The translations under genes and the position numbers were made by a program. Shown here one piece after another: positions 1 through 11,719 of a stretch of 64,000 nt of DNA. The notes under the pieces were generated by a model. The model did not search any database. It saw only the letters and a list, made by a program, of their open reading frames with translations, and was not told the DNA's origin. Within the stretch, counting starts at the first letter, position 1. Each line of letters opens with the position of its first letter. The DNA comes from Thecamonas trahens ATCC 50062 (Eukaryota; Protista; Apusomonadida), in NCBI RefSeq assembly GCF_000142905.1, contig NW_013657658.1:62001-126000 (forward strand), in the 5' to 3' direction.

Positions 1-3000
1 TCGGCCAGCGTTGTGACGTGAACCTGGTAGCCAACAAGCTCTAGGCTAGCCACCGGCGCCACCGGCGTCCAGGTCACCACCATCGAGTTGGCCTCGACGT
101 CGACAAGCGCCACGTCGGCTGGCGGCCCGTAGAGAGTGGTGAAATCGGCCGCGAGGTCGGCGGCCGAGCCCGCCATCATAGCCACGTGCGCAAAGTGTGG
201 CGGCGGCGTCGCCGCCACCACCACGCCGTACCGGGTGGCCGGCGCGAGGCCATCGGCCCGCACGTACGCCACACTCCCGTCGAGCGGTGCAGTGGTGAGC
301 GGTGCGCCGACCACAGCGCCGGTCTCGGCGTCGAGGGCAAAGACCGAGACCGCAAGCAGCGAGTCGCCTGCAGCGTTGGCCGGTGGCGGCGAGAGCTGGT
401 ACACCGCATAGTCCGAGCTCACCTCGCCGTCACCGATGCACTGCGCCACGTTCGCCAGACTCGGCGAGGTGATGCCCTGCAGCCTGACCGGTGCCGAGCT
501 GCCGAGTTCGTTGGCGACCGAGACTTGGACGTCGACCATTGCCGACGGCTTCAAACCGCCGAGTGTGACTTCGACGGTGGCGCCGGGGGTGGCGACCGGG
601 TGGGAGCTCGCCAGCTCGCCGCATACCAGCTCGATCTCGCGGAGAGCTGCGCCACCGGAAAACGGCGAGAGCGTGACCATGAAAGCCATGGCGTCGGTCG
701 AGGCACGGACCTGGACGACCTCGACCGGCGGCGGCGGGTGCGCCGGAGCCGACGCCACGCGGGTGATCCACGGCAGCGACGCCAGCTCACCGAGCACTGC
801 CACCACGCTCACCTGGAGCACAGCGCCTGAAACGCCAGTCGGGAGGTGGACGACCGCGTCGCCGGCCGGCACAGTCGTCGTCTCGCCCGCGCTGAGTGTC
901 GTTCCGTCGTCGGCGATCGAAACAGCGTCGAGGCGGAGTGACTCGACGGCCGGGCCGAGCGCGCCGGGAGGAACCCGGACAGTGAGCGCGAGGCCACCGC
1001 CGGGCCGCGGCGCGGCCGCCAGCTCGATGCTACTCGGCGGCGACGGCGCCGACCGCAGCGTCAACCGCTCTCCCGAGTACGCCACGCCGTGCTCGTTGGC
1101 GACCGCGATGGCGACGTGAGTCTCGGAGCCGGGCGCGAGGCCGCCAAGCAGAATGCCGTTGCGGGCTGCCGGCGGGAGAGGGGCGGCAAAGACCAGGGCC
1201 TCGCTCGAGTCCCAGCCAACGATAAAGCCGCGCTCGTCGGCGGCGGTCTCAGCGCGCTCGGGCCAGGCGAGCGCCATGACCGGGCCGCCTGGCAGGGATC
1301 GAGCGGCGGTGGCGACGTGAGTGATGGGCGGCGGGAGAACAAACCGAGTCTCGGCGTTGACGGTGGCCGAGTCGCGGCCGTCGCCCGAGCCAGTCACGGC
1401 GCGGACCTTGACCTCGTACTGGACTTCGAGGGTGAGATCGCGGATGAGAGCCGAGGCATTGGGCGCGACAAGCCCGCCGCCGCCCCAGGCTTGGGCGCCA
1501 GCCGGGCGGCAGAAAACTCGGTAGGCCTCGATCGGCGAGCCGCCGTTGTGCGGCGGATCCCAGGTAAGGCTGAGCGTGCCGGCGGCGGAGCAGCGGGCGA
1601 CGAGGCCGCCGGGCGCCTCTGCGCGGCCGACCGGGCGGAAGCATGGCTCACAGACAAAGACACGGCACTCAAGGCAGGCCATGACCGGCGAGCCGCGCGG
1701 CGTGTCTGAGCAAACCGCGCACTGCCAGGCGAGGCCCGACGGCGCACTTCGCCTGGTGTGCATGTAGTGCCAGTGCGTGGTGGAGAGGAGCGACTCGGTC
1801 CGCTCCTCGCCACAAGTCTCACAGAGCACGACCTCGTACCCGCCCTCCATGGGCGTGCACCACTGCGGGCAGAGGAACCGTGGCGTGTGGGCGGCGATGG
1901 ACGAGCCACAGCCCGAGCATGCTGCCGAGACGGCCACGCGCTCGCTGGCGGTCACCAGCTCCAGCGGGTGCTCGTGAACCACGTGCTTGGTCGGCTTGGT
2001 GAGGAGGACTTGCGGCGCAGCAACCTCATCCCAGGTGGTGGCCGAGATGAGAGGAAAACGCGAGGCGCGCGGCGCCGCAGCCGTGTCAGCATTGTTGGCA
2101 GCAGCAGCAGCGGCGGCAGCAGCAGCGGTGGATGACGATGACGCTGCGGCGGCGCTGCCTGCGGTAGAGCCAGCCGGCTCGGCAGCGGGCTCAGCAGCGG
2201 GCTCGGTGCCGGCGAGCGCCAGGACGACGGTCTCATCGACGCCAAAGAGCGCGGCGAGGACCGCAGCCGGCGGTGCAGCCGGCTCGGCGAGGTGCGGAAG
2301 AGGCGGGAACGCCGACGCGTCAAGCACCGGCGTAGTGTCGAGATCGAGGTCGAGGGCCGCAGAGAGGGGGAGGAGCGAGTTGGGATCGGCCTCGGGGTCT
2401 GAGGCGGCGGCGGCGGAGTTGTCGCCAGAGGCGGCGCTGGCACCGGCAGCGTCGGACGATGGGGCCGGGTCAGAGTCGGAAGCCGGCGTGAGGATGCTGG
2501 TGTCGGGAAAGACGTCGACATAGCCGGGGAGAACGTCGTCCATGTGTGTGATGCGGCGCTCCTCGCGGATGGCGTCGAGGCGATGGCCGGAGGCGAGCGC
2601 CGGGCGGTGAGCACGGAGAGCGGTAAGCGCGGCCTCGAGGTCGGGAACGACGGCGAGGAAAGCCTCGAGGGTGGGGATGGAGGAGGCAGCGACGACGACC
2701 GGGTGGGTACCGTCGGACTTGCGGAGAGAGCAATTTGCGCCTGCGCGGACCAACTGATGGACCATGTCGTTGTGGCCGCGCTCGAGGGCGAGGACAAGCG
2801 GGGTGGCGCCGGAGTGGACCTGCGCGTTGATGTCTGCCCCGGCGTCGAGGAGGGCAGAGACACAGGAGGGGAACGGCTTGTGCGATGCGGTGTGCAGCGG
2901 GGCCCAGCCATCGGTGTGCTTGGCAATGTTCGGGTTTGCGCCGCCATCCAGGAGGATGTGAACCAGCTCAAGGTTGCCTTTCTGGGCGGCGATGTAGAGC

Positions 3001-4187
3001 GCAGTAGCGCCGTTGTGGTTGACAAGGTTGAGTGGGGTGCGGCGGCGGACGAGGCGGTCGACGACGTCGACGTGCGGCTTGTGTGTGGCGATGAGGAGCG
3101 GGGCCCAGCCGTCAGTGTGCTTACCGGTGGAAGCATCCGCGCCAAAGTCGAGGAGCAGGTCGACGACGTCGGCGTGGCCGTTCTGGGCGGCCATGTAGAG
3201 GGCGGTTGCGCCGTTCCAGTTTGCGCAGTTGGCATACGCGCCAGCATCGAGGAGAAGTTGGGCGACGGCAATGTGGCCGCGGTGGGCTGCAGTGAGAAGC
3301 GAGGACCAGCCGTCAGACTTTGAGATGCGCGGGTTAGCGCCCGCAGCGAGGAGCGCGCCCACAATGGAGTTTCCGCCCTTGTCGCACGCGGTGTAGAGCG
3401 GTGTGGAACCGTCGTTCTTGGCCATGTCGATGTCAGCGCCTGCGGCGATGAGGGCGGCGACGACCTCGGCGTTCTGCGACTGCGAGGCGACAAAAAGGGC
3501 GGTTGCGCCGTTGTTGTTCTGCTGATTGAGGGCCACGCCATGGGCGATGAGGATGTCAACGACGGCAAGGTGCGGCTTTTGGGCAGCGATGAGCAGCGGG
3601 GTCCAGCCGTCGGTTGACTTGGCGATGGACGCGTCTGCGCCGGCATCGAGCAGGATCTGGACAACCTGACCATGGCCATTCTGCGAGGCGACGTACAGCG
3701 CGGTAGCGCCGTTTCTGTTGCAGTTGTTGAGGCTCGCGCCAGCGTCGACCAGCAGCTGAACACACTCGACAAAGCCCTGATGAGAGGCTGTGAGCAGCGG
3801 GGCCCAGCCGTCCGTCTTGGCAGCATTGACGTCGACATTTGGCGTGCCGAGCAGCATGCGCACCGCATCAATCGAGTTGCGTTCTATACGTGGGTCATGC
3901 GTGAGTGACAAGCCGAGGTCGTGCGCACACCCCTTCACCATGCCCCCCCCCCCCCCCCCCCCCCCTTTCCCCTACGTACCCACTGCAGCATAAAGCGGAG
4001 TAGCGGCCGAGGATGATAGCCTGGCATTGGGATCTGTACCCATGGCCAGCATGCCCCTCAGCCTATTGACATCATTCTCCCGTGCGGCAGCATGGATACT
4101 GTTCCCCGCACCACCATGCGCAGCAGAAGTGGTGGAAGACGAGCCTGCGGTCGACGACGAGCTCCTTCCCGACGGACGCCACGACAT
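1..4187 (-). CDS. Large multidomain protein, 3'-partial: about a dozen ankyrin repeats, Cys/His-rich DC1/C1-like zinc fingers and several fibronectin type III repeats. Exons 4187-3980 and 3883-<1.
   Basis: Exon 1 reads MSWRPSG...IHAAARENDV...TPLYAAV. Intron 3979-3884 (GTACGT...TATAG) joins it in frame to an ORF that runs off the window and is therefore missing from the ORF track. Ankyrin units: DGWAPLLTASHQGFVECVQLL, NGATALYVASQNGHGQVVQILL. Zinc-finger region: HEHPL...CSGC...CETC and HWHYMH...CAVC...CLEC...CEPC. FN3 motifs: LTWDPPHNGGSPIEAYRV, YEVKVRAV, MVVTWTP...GYQV. Confidence 0.85.
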
Positions 4188-4252
4188 GTTCCCGACAACA
4201 ACAAGGTGGCTGTGGTTGAGGTGGTGGCTGTGGCGGTGTGTATGTGTGTGTG

Positions 4253-4288
<36 letters not shown>

Positions 4289-4404
4289 GTGTGTGTCGTG
4301 AGGTGGTTCCCTTTGTCCGCCCCCCGTCTGGCCATCCCCCCCCCCCCTTCCCCTCTTTGTGCCGAGTCCGCCTGAGGAACCTCCATTCGATGCCCTTGCC
4401 CAGG

Positions 4405-4440
<36 letters not shown>

Positions 4441-4824
4441 ACACACATACACACACACACACACAGATACCCCGAGCGGGAGATCGGAGACGGAACGCGC
4501 AGTGTTGGCTGGTGATGACAGGTGATGGTTGGTGATCGGCTGGTGATGGCTGGTGACGGCTAGCTATCGCTGGCGGTGGCGGGGGACAGCTGGCGGCCAT
4601 CACGGCTGGCGGTAGGCGACAGAGGCGTGCGCAGGCGGTGACGGCTGGCGGCTGGCGGCCATCGCGGCTGGCGGTGGGCGACTTGCGTGCGCGGGGCGGT
4701 GACAGGCCACGTGGCGCTTGCTGACGGTGCTGCTGTCGGGGAGAGAGGGCGCACGACTTGACGCAAGACGTCATCGCGACAGTGAGGAGGGAGACGGAGT
4801 AATAGAGTACAGGTGTGGTTGGCT

Positions 4825-6339
4825 ATGGTGCGCTTTCCTCCGGCACGGAGCGCGGAAGAGGCCGCGGCTGCGACGGCGGGTGCGACGGCTGCCGAGGCCA
4901 AGTCGGGCCGGGTACTCGGACTGTACATGGTGATCGGACTGTTTCCGGTGGTGCTGTCGGCGTATGCGACGGTGCAGTATCTGCTGACATGCGTGGAGGA
5001 GCAGGTGGCCCTGGAAGCCATGACACACAAGCTTCCGGATCTGATTGCGGCCGCCATCCCGGTCTTTGTTGTGTGTGTGGCCTCTGAGGCGGTGGCCGAC
5101 GCTTGGGCTGGAACCGGGTACTACCGGCTCAACGATGCGATCTCGTCGCTCTCGGCTGGGATGACCCAGCAAGCGACGGGAGCGTTGATCAAAGCCGCAG
5201 GGATTTTCCCCTACGCCTGGGTCCATACCAACATGCGGCTGATTGAGGTAGACGCGAGCTCGTGGCTGGTCGGCCTCGGCGTGTTTCTTGCTGTTGAGCA
5301 TGGGTACTACTGCATGCATCGGTTTGCCCACGAGTGGAACCTCGGGTGGGCCGGGCATGTTGTGCATCACTCGTCAGAGGAGTACAATCTGACGACTGCG
5401 CTCCGACAGGGCGTGCTGCAGCCGTTCTTCTCGTGGATGTTCTACGTGCCGTACGCGCTCATCTTCCCGCTCGAGCTCTACGTCCTGCACAACCAGATCA
5501 ACACGCTGTACCAGTTTTGGATCCACACGCGGTTCATCACCCGCCTCCCCTGGCCGTTGGAGCTTGTCTTCAACACGCCGTCGCACCATCGGGTCCACCA
5601 CGGCCGCAACGAGCAGTACATTGACAAGAACTACGGCGGAACACTCATCATCTTTGACCGGCTCTATGGCACGTTTGAGCCCGAGGACGAGGACGTGATC
5701 TACGGCATCACGCACTCGCTGGAGACGTGGAACCCGGTGTACATCCAGAGCCATCACTTGATCGAGACGGTGGCGACCGCGGTGGCGTCGACAACGGTGG
5801 CGGCCAAGGTGCGGACGTTCCTGGACTACGGCCCGGGCTACAACTACCGGCTCGCCAACCACGAGGCGTTGCAGTCTGCCAGCGCGTGTGCAGAGCCCAA
5901 GCGAGCTGGTCCGCCGACGCCTCGGATCCGGCACGACGCGGGGCCGGCGTCGGGTGCACTCGCGGTCTACTGCGGCCTCTCGGTGACAATGGCCATTCTC
6001 GAGATCGCTGACCAACTCAAGCTCCAGAGCCGGCTTTCGCTGCTCGACTCTTCACTCTACGGCGCATACGTCATCTTCCATGTCACGGCCGTCTCGCTCA
6101 TTCTCGACGGCTCGGTGTGGGCGTGGCTGGTGGTCCCGCTCCGCTGGATCGCTTATGCAGCGCTCGCCGCTAACACTGCGATGCCTCAGGTTGAAGCTGC
6201 GTTTGGCGGATCGTTTGCGCTCTTTGCGCTCTCGCCGACAACGGCATGGGTAGTGGCGGCCGTTGGTGCGTGCGCGTTCCTTGCAGCTGCGGCTACCGCA
6301 CCGCGCGCGCCGCCGCCGGGCAAAGTCAAGGCCGGATGA
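4825..6339 (+). CDS. AGMO: Alkylglycerol monooxygenase (fatty acid hydroxylase family)
   Basis: His boxes YYCMHRFAHE, WAGHVVHHSSEEYNLTTALRQ, YQFWIHT and NTPSHHRVHHGRNEQYIDKNYGG, plus several TM segments. Confidence 0.9.
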   Translation: MVRFPPARSAEEAAAATAGATAAEAKSGRVLGLYMVIGLFPVVLSAYATVQYLLTCVEEQVALEAMTHKLPDLIAAAIPVFVVCVASEAVADAWAGTGYYRLNDAISSLSAGMTQQATGALIKAAGIFPYAWVHTNMRLIEVDASSWLVGLGVFLAVEHGYYCMHRFAHEWNLGWAGHVVHHSSEEYNLTTALRQGVLQPFFSWMFYVPYALIFPLELYVLHNQINTLYQFWIHTRFITRLPWPLELVFNTPSHHRVHHGRNEQYIDKNYGGTLIIFDRLYGTFEPEDEDVIYGITHSLETWNPVYIQSHHLIETVATAVASTTVAAKVRTFLDYGPGYNYRLANHEALQSASACAEPKRAGPPTPRIRHDAGPASGALAVYCGLSVTMAILEIADQLKLQSRLSLLDSSLYGAYVIFHVTAVSLILDGSVWAWLVVPLRWIAYAALAANTAMPQVEAAFGGSFALFALSPTTAWVVAAVGACAFLAAAATAPRAPPPGKVKAG

Positions 6340-6397
6340 CGAGTGTCCCACGAGTACAGCATAGCACACACAGGATGCGTGTCACACTGCTCCACAG

Positions 6398-7003
6398 CTA
6401 GATCGAGTCAGCAGCACGGATGAGGCCAAGCTTGTGGGCCTCGCGCCAAAGCCGGTCGGTCTGTGGCGAGGCCAGAAGGAGGGCGGCGGCCGCCGGCGAG
6501 GCATCCATGACAGCGTCGAGGCGGTCGCTGGGCCCAAAGAGAGCGGGATCCAGGACAGGCACATGTGGCGGGATGGTGCTCGCGCTGGCATCGGCCACCA
6601 CCCCCATCAGCGATATGGGCGGCTCGTCACCAGGATGGCTCGGGAGAGCTGTCGGCTCTCTCAGCGGGAGCACGCACTCGCGCTCGAGCGCATGGCCAAG
6701 GATGTCGGTGACAAACGCGGCCTGGCTCTCGACAATGGCGTCGACATCGAGCCCTGCAGGCGGCAGCTGTACCTGCTGACGGGCATACCGCGACATAGTC
6801 CGCACCAGCGCCGCCGCTGCATCACCGGGAGCGCGAAGCAGGGCGCCGGCAGAGATGTACCATCCACGGGTGTCAGACTCGCCGCGCACATCCGGCACGG
6901 GCACCAGCCCGGCATCGCTTCCTCGTCCGAGCACAAACCGGAACAGGAAGCCTGAATCAGCGCGCGACGCGGCATGGTTGACCCAAGCGGTTCGTGACAG
7001 CAA
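6398..7003 (-). CDS. Hypothetical protein; 5' end unresolved
   Basis: A 201-codon ORF with protein-like composition. There is no in-frame ATG at the 5' end, so it may be spliced or frameshifted. Confidence 0.4.
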   Translation of the reverse strand: MLSRTAWVNHAASRADSGFLFRFVLGRGSDAGLVPVPDVRGESDTRGWYISAGALLRAPGDAAAALVRTMSRYARQQVQLPPAGLDVDAIVESQAAFVTDILGHALERECVLPLREPTALPSHPGDEPPISLMGVVADASASTIPPHVPVLDPALFGPSDRLDAVMDASPAAAALLLASPQTDRLWREAHKLGLIRAADSI

Positions 7004-7469
7004 GCAGCAGAAGGAACGTGGACGTGCATGAGTGTTGTTGTTGCTGTCGTTGTTGCGTCATTCGCACGCGATGAGCTCAAGCACACCATGGCATCATGCC
7101 ATGTCGCCCACATCAGTCCCTCCTCCCGCCCTCCTCCTCGCTGTGCTCAACCTACTGGTGGGCAACTGGCGGCGGAGAAAGACACAAGAGCGCAGCGGAG
7201 CAGCCAAGACGGCCACAGGTCCTGTTCTTTGCAACAACATGCCAGCCTTGCTCTTCCTGTCGCACCGAGTTTGAGTGGTGTCTGTCTCTGTCTGTTTCTG
7301 TATCTCCGTCTGAGTCGAGGCCCTCATCCCGTCGTGCCCCCCCCCCCTCCCACCACCACCACCACCACCACCACCACCACCACCACCACCACCATCAATC
7401 CCAACCACTGGCCACCACCACCATCAACCCAACCACTGGCCATCCCATCATCCCATCCGTCATCCCCCC

Positions 7470-7699
7470 NNNNNNNNNNNNNNNNNNNNNNNNNNNNNNN
7501 NNNNNNNNNNNNNNNNNNNNNNNNNNNNNNNNNNNNNNNNNNNNNNNNNNNNNNNNNNNNNNNNNNNNNNNNNNNNNNNNNNNNNNNNNNNNNNNNNNNN
7601 NNNNNNNNNNNNNNNNNNNNNNNNNNNNNNNNNNNNNNNNNNNNNNNNNNNNNNNNNNNNNNNNNNNNNNNNNNNNNNNNNNNNNNNNNNNNNNNNNNN
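7470..7699. other. Assembly gap (N run) flanked by (CAC)n/poly-C low-complexity sequence
   Basis: Run of Ns. Confidence 1.
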
Positions 7700-7787
7700 C
7701 GTCCAACCGACACCCACCGACCCACCACCACCCACTCACCCCCCCCCCCCTCCCCACCCACCCAACCCATCCCTCTCCCTGGTCATC

Positions 7788-8819
7788 ATGTCCTTTGGCC
7801 GTGGCCTGGTCGTCGGCTCCATGTCACTAGTCATCTTTGTGGGTCTCCTGCAGCTGCTGGCTATGTACGGACGATCATGGTACTCGGTGGAGTTGGCCAA
7901 GAACAGGCTGTCGCATGTCCTCAGCTACGAGGTGACCATCGGATTGCGCTCGGTGCAAAAGCAGATATGCTCGCCGGTCGAGTGCTGGCGCGAAGGCCAG
8001 TCGCTAGACTCGATGCGCGCCACCTCGCGCGAGTGGGCCGGCTTTGATGACGCTGGCAAGGCCACCTTTGCTGTTATGTGGCTCTCGTTTGTGACGCTTG
8101 TGGCATGGTTTATCTTGGGCCTCGCGCGCCTGCTGATGCATCCGCTCACCGTCGAGCGCACCAAGTACCACGTGGCCTTTGGCGTCGGCGCCACCTTTGG
8201 CCTCACCGTCCTCGCGCTGGCGCTGTACGCCTCGCGCGCGCCGGGCTTTGCATACCCGGTGGCGGACCCGTATCTGACAGCGGGCCTCGCGCCGCCGCCG
8301 CCGCCGCCGCCAAGCATGGCGCCCGGCCCGTCGCCGTCGGCCTCGCCGCCACCGCCGCCTGGCGGCTCGGGGCCGGGAGGCGGCGACAGGCCGCTCAACT
8401 TCAAGGACTTTACCCAGGCTTACGGCGACCAGTTCTCTGTGGCACTGGCGTGCATGGTGCTGCAGACGCTGGCAGGCCTCTTTCTGGTCGTCCCGTTCTT
8501 CCAGAACGACGAGCTCGAGGATCTGCAGCGGGCGTTCCTGGTGGAGCAGCCGAACGGCGACGTGCTTGCTGCCGTCTCGCCGCTCCTCCGCGACCACCTG
8601 CACGTCCAATGCCCGCAGTGCCACACCCAAATGGCCGGACCGGCGTCGACTGTCGTCGCCTGCCCGACATGCGCGGCGCCGATCCGGGTCCCTGCGGACG
8701 TCGAGCTGGTGGACATGTTTGAAGCGTATCCGCCGGGCCATCCGCTCGCCCTCGCCCCGCCGTCGCACCCAGAGTGCTTGAGTAGCGGCAGGCTCGCCCT
8801 TGCCGCGTCCCCGCATTAA
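7788..8819 (+). CDS. Four-TM membrane protein (claudin/PMP22/Sur7-like topology) with a C-terminal CxxC-CxxC zinc ribbon
   Basis: TM1 is followed by W...GL...C...C in the first loop, then three more hydrophobic helices, a Pro-rich loop and CPQC...CPTC. Confidence 0.65.
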   Translation: MSFGRGLVVGSMSLVIFVGLLQLLAMYGRSWYSVELAKNRLSHVLSYEVTIGLRSVQKQICSPVECWREGQSLDSMRATSREWAGFDDAGKATFAVMWLSFVTLVAWFILGLARLLMHPLTVERTKYHVAFGVGATFGLTVLALALYASRAPGFAYPVADPYLTAGLAPPPPPPPSMAPGPSPSASPPPPPGGSGPGGGDRPLNFKDFTQAYGDQFSVALACMVLQTLAGLFLVVPFFQNDELEDLQRAFLVEQPNGDVLAAVSPLLRDHLHVQCPQCHTQMAGPASTVVACPTCAAPIRVPADVELVDMFEAYPPGHPLALAPPSHPECLSSGRLALAASPH

Positions 8820-9089
8820 AGCATCCTCCCCAGGCCACGCAGGGCGCTCTCTACCCTGGTGCAAGCGAGCTGTGTGGAAAATTGTGGTGGTTTCATGTAG
8901 CGTCCGGTGCAAGAGTGTGAGCTCCCAACAGGGCCGTCCGCGAGCCGACGGGACCTGGTGGTGAACTGGCGGGCCCTCTGCCAAGCAGAGGGGTCTACCC
9001 GCAACCGACACGTGTCCGAGGGGCACGCACCGACGACGGGGCGTCAGGTGCCGAGAGAGGCAACTGTGTTCAAGATGGTAGTAACAAGC

Positions 9090-10001
9090 TTAGTAGAGCT
9101 GCTGCGACGGGCCCATGGTGGACTTGATGTGCAGCGACTTGACGTTCTGCCAGTTCTTCTTGAGCAGCGAAACAAGGTAGTTGATCGCCATGTTGAGGTT
9201 GGTCTCGAGCTGCTCGGCAGTCATGGAGACATCGCCGATGGCAGTGCCGAGGCACATGACCTTCTTCAGCTGGAAGGTGACGGTCGAGCGGAGCTCAGCC
9301 ACCTTGTCGGCGAGGACGTCGTTGTTCGACACAATGCCGGGGAACTTACCGGCCTTGGAGAGACCGGGGCCGAGCAGACGGGGAATCTGCTTGATGAGGT
9401 TGTCCGAAGCCAGGAAGGCATCGTACTTGGCGGCGAGCGCCTTGACGCGCTTCTTGTCACGCTTGAAGGTCTTGAGCGTGTCAAGGTTGATCGAGTCAAG
9501 GCCGAGCTCAGCAGCCTGGTCGCAGTGGGTCACGTTACCGAGGACGCACACGGTCATCTTCGGCTTGACCTCGACCGGCAGCTTAAGGGAGCCCTTGAAA
9601 CGCTTGTCCTTGCGGGTGTCGTAGTTCTTGAGCCCAATCTGGAGCTCGATAGTCTCGAGGAAGTTACGCTTCTTGGTCTCGTTGGCGTACTTGAGGACCT
9701 TGGCGACGCAGTCGGCCAGGTGTTCGCTCGGGATCTTGCTGTCCTCCGTCCACGCCACAATGGCCATGCCTGTGTGAGTCGCACAAAAATGCCTCGGCCT
9801 TGTCGCCGCTAATCTTCCAAACCGCTCGCCATCCCCCGCCTTCCTCCCTCCCTCCCGCTGCCGCCTGAGCACGGCGAGCTGCATCGCCAAGGCCGAACCT
9901 GCCTCCCAAGGCTAGGGTGTGCTCTACAGCATGCTCCCTTGGCTGGCTCCCATGCACACTCGCTCGCGACTCGTCGCTCATGCCGTCACCTACCGGGACA
10001 T
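9090..10001 (-). CDS. RPL10A: 60S ribosomal protein L10a (uL1). Exons 10001-9994 and 9738-9090.
   Basis: KKRNFLETIELQIGLKNYD...KDKRFKG...IKQIPRLLGPGLSKAGKFP...LKKNWQNVKSLHIKSTMG. The 8-nt exon ATGTCCCG plus intron 9993-9739 (GTAGGT...CAG) gives MSRKIPSEHL. Confidence 0.95.
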
Positions 10002-10550
10002 GATGGATTTGAAAGTGGAGTGCGAGAGACAAAGTGAGAAACAGATTCGCGCGGGCTCGTTTTGACTGTTAGCTCTCGCTCTGGCCGCTCGATCGAACTG
10101 GCTCCACAGCTGCAGCCTCGCTGCTGAGCGGAATGATCGAAACCGCTCGCAAGCCTAGGCGTTCAGCTGGTGAGCTAGTCAGCTGCCAGCCCGCTACACC
10201 ACCAGCCACCCGTCTGCCATAGCTTTTCCCACGATACCTGCATCAGCATCGCTATGATCCACAAAGGGGCAGCAGCTCGGCCGACGCCAACATACCAACC
10301 AGGATAGATGGAAAAATAATTACGTCACCCCACCCCCCACCCCCCATCACCCCATCACCCTGCCACCGGTGCAGCGCCAAGCCCCAACTCCTCCCACCTT
10401 CCGCCACTACCACACCACACACACACACCACTCACCACTCACCACACCACACGCCACACCCCTCCACATACCACACCCCTCCACACCCCTTCACCAACCA
10501 CACCCCATCCTACCCTCATCCTACCCTCCTCCTCCCCTCTCTCCACACAC

Positions 10551-10739
10551 ATGTCGCGACGCGGACAGCGGAGTGCACCGTCGTCGTCGACAAGGGCTAC
10601 GGGCGAGGGCGAGAGCCTGGCTTATGCTTCGATGGAGTTCCTTCTCAACGAGATTGTGCGCGAGTGGCAGCGGCCTGACCGCCTGTCAAAGACAAGCAAC
10701 AACGGCGAGGACGATGCTTCCGGCAAAGACGGCGGCTCA

Positions 10740-10790
<51 letters not shown>

Positions 10791-11366
10791 GGTGACGGCT
10801 CTGCTGGCGGCGACGATGTGGGGGCGAGCGATGCGGATGCCGGACACGTAGAGGTGCCGCTACCAGTGAGCGTGACCGCGAGTCTGGCGCCGGTGGGGCA
10901 GGGCTCGTCTGGCTCGAGCTCGGCGACGGTGAGCAAGTCTGTGGAGAACATCGGGTTCCGGACCGGGCAGTGCCTTGCCGAGCGGTGGTCGCTCAATCGG
11001 CGGCGGTTCGGCCATCTGGAGGATGTGCTTACGTTTGTGGCTAACGACGTATGGCCGCGAGTCTATCTTCGCGCCATGGACGGAGTCAGCCGCCGCGACG
11101 GCTCACGGACAGTGACCATGAAGGACACGCGGTTTGCCGGAATTGCGCACCTGTCGCTAGCGGCCGCGCCCGGCGACGCGCTCCGGCCGTACCTGGACTA
11201 TCCATGCGGCCTCATCCGTGGCGTGCTGTTCAATCTCGGTGTCGACGCCTCGGTCCGCGCCCGCGTCTCGCGCGGCCACGTCACGTCGTTCTCGATCCGC
11301 CTTCGCTCGTCGACCGTCTACGATCTGGGTGTCAGCAGCTCACGGCGTTCTGTCCGCTCCGACTGA
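10551..11366 (+). CDS. TRAPPC6: TRAPP complex subunit 6 (Trs33/Bet3 family) with a (GS)n insertion
   Basis: MEFLLNEIV...VENIGFRTGQCLAER...LEDVLTFVANDVWPRVY...YPCGLIRGVLFNLGV. Confidence 0.85.
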
Positions 11367-11719
11367 TAGCTGCGTTGGAAGGCATCAAAGGACCATGGCC
11401 GTTGCCTGGACCTGGTGCAAGGAGTGCATGGAGTGAGGAGTGCCGCACCCCCAACACACACACACACACACACACACACCGCCACCGCCCACATCATCAT
11501 CCACACCTGAATCAAACTCAACTGCATCCACCCCAATCTATGGCATGGTTGGCTAGGTAGCCAGAACTCGCAGATGCATGGCGCCGGGGCTGCGGTCACT
11601 GAGTCAGTGATCGACCCAGGTCAAGCAATTGGCTCGCGGGCGGTGGCACGGGCGGCGGAGACGGCGACAGACGACGGGTCACACGACTCGGGATTTTTTC
11701 GCGGTCGGCAGGTGTAGGC

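Noticed and set aside
1952-3871. 639-aa minus-strand ORF and 259-aa plus-strand ORF in the track
   Set aside because: These are off-frame and antisense shadows of the ankyrin gene caused by high GC3. The same applies to most overlapping ORFs in the track.
7028-8047. ORFs spanning N gaps (also 27134-28603)
   Set aside because: Artefacts of translating through assembly gaps and microsatellites.
9739-9993. snoRNA in the RPL10A intron
   Set aside because: No C box (RTGATGA)/D box pair; H- and ACA-like words are present but without convincing hairpins.
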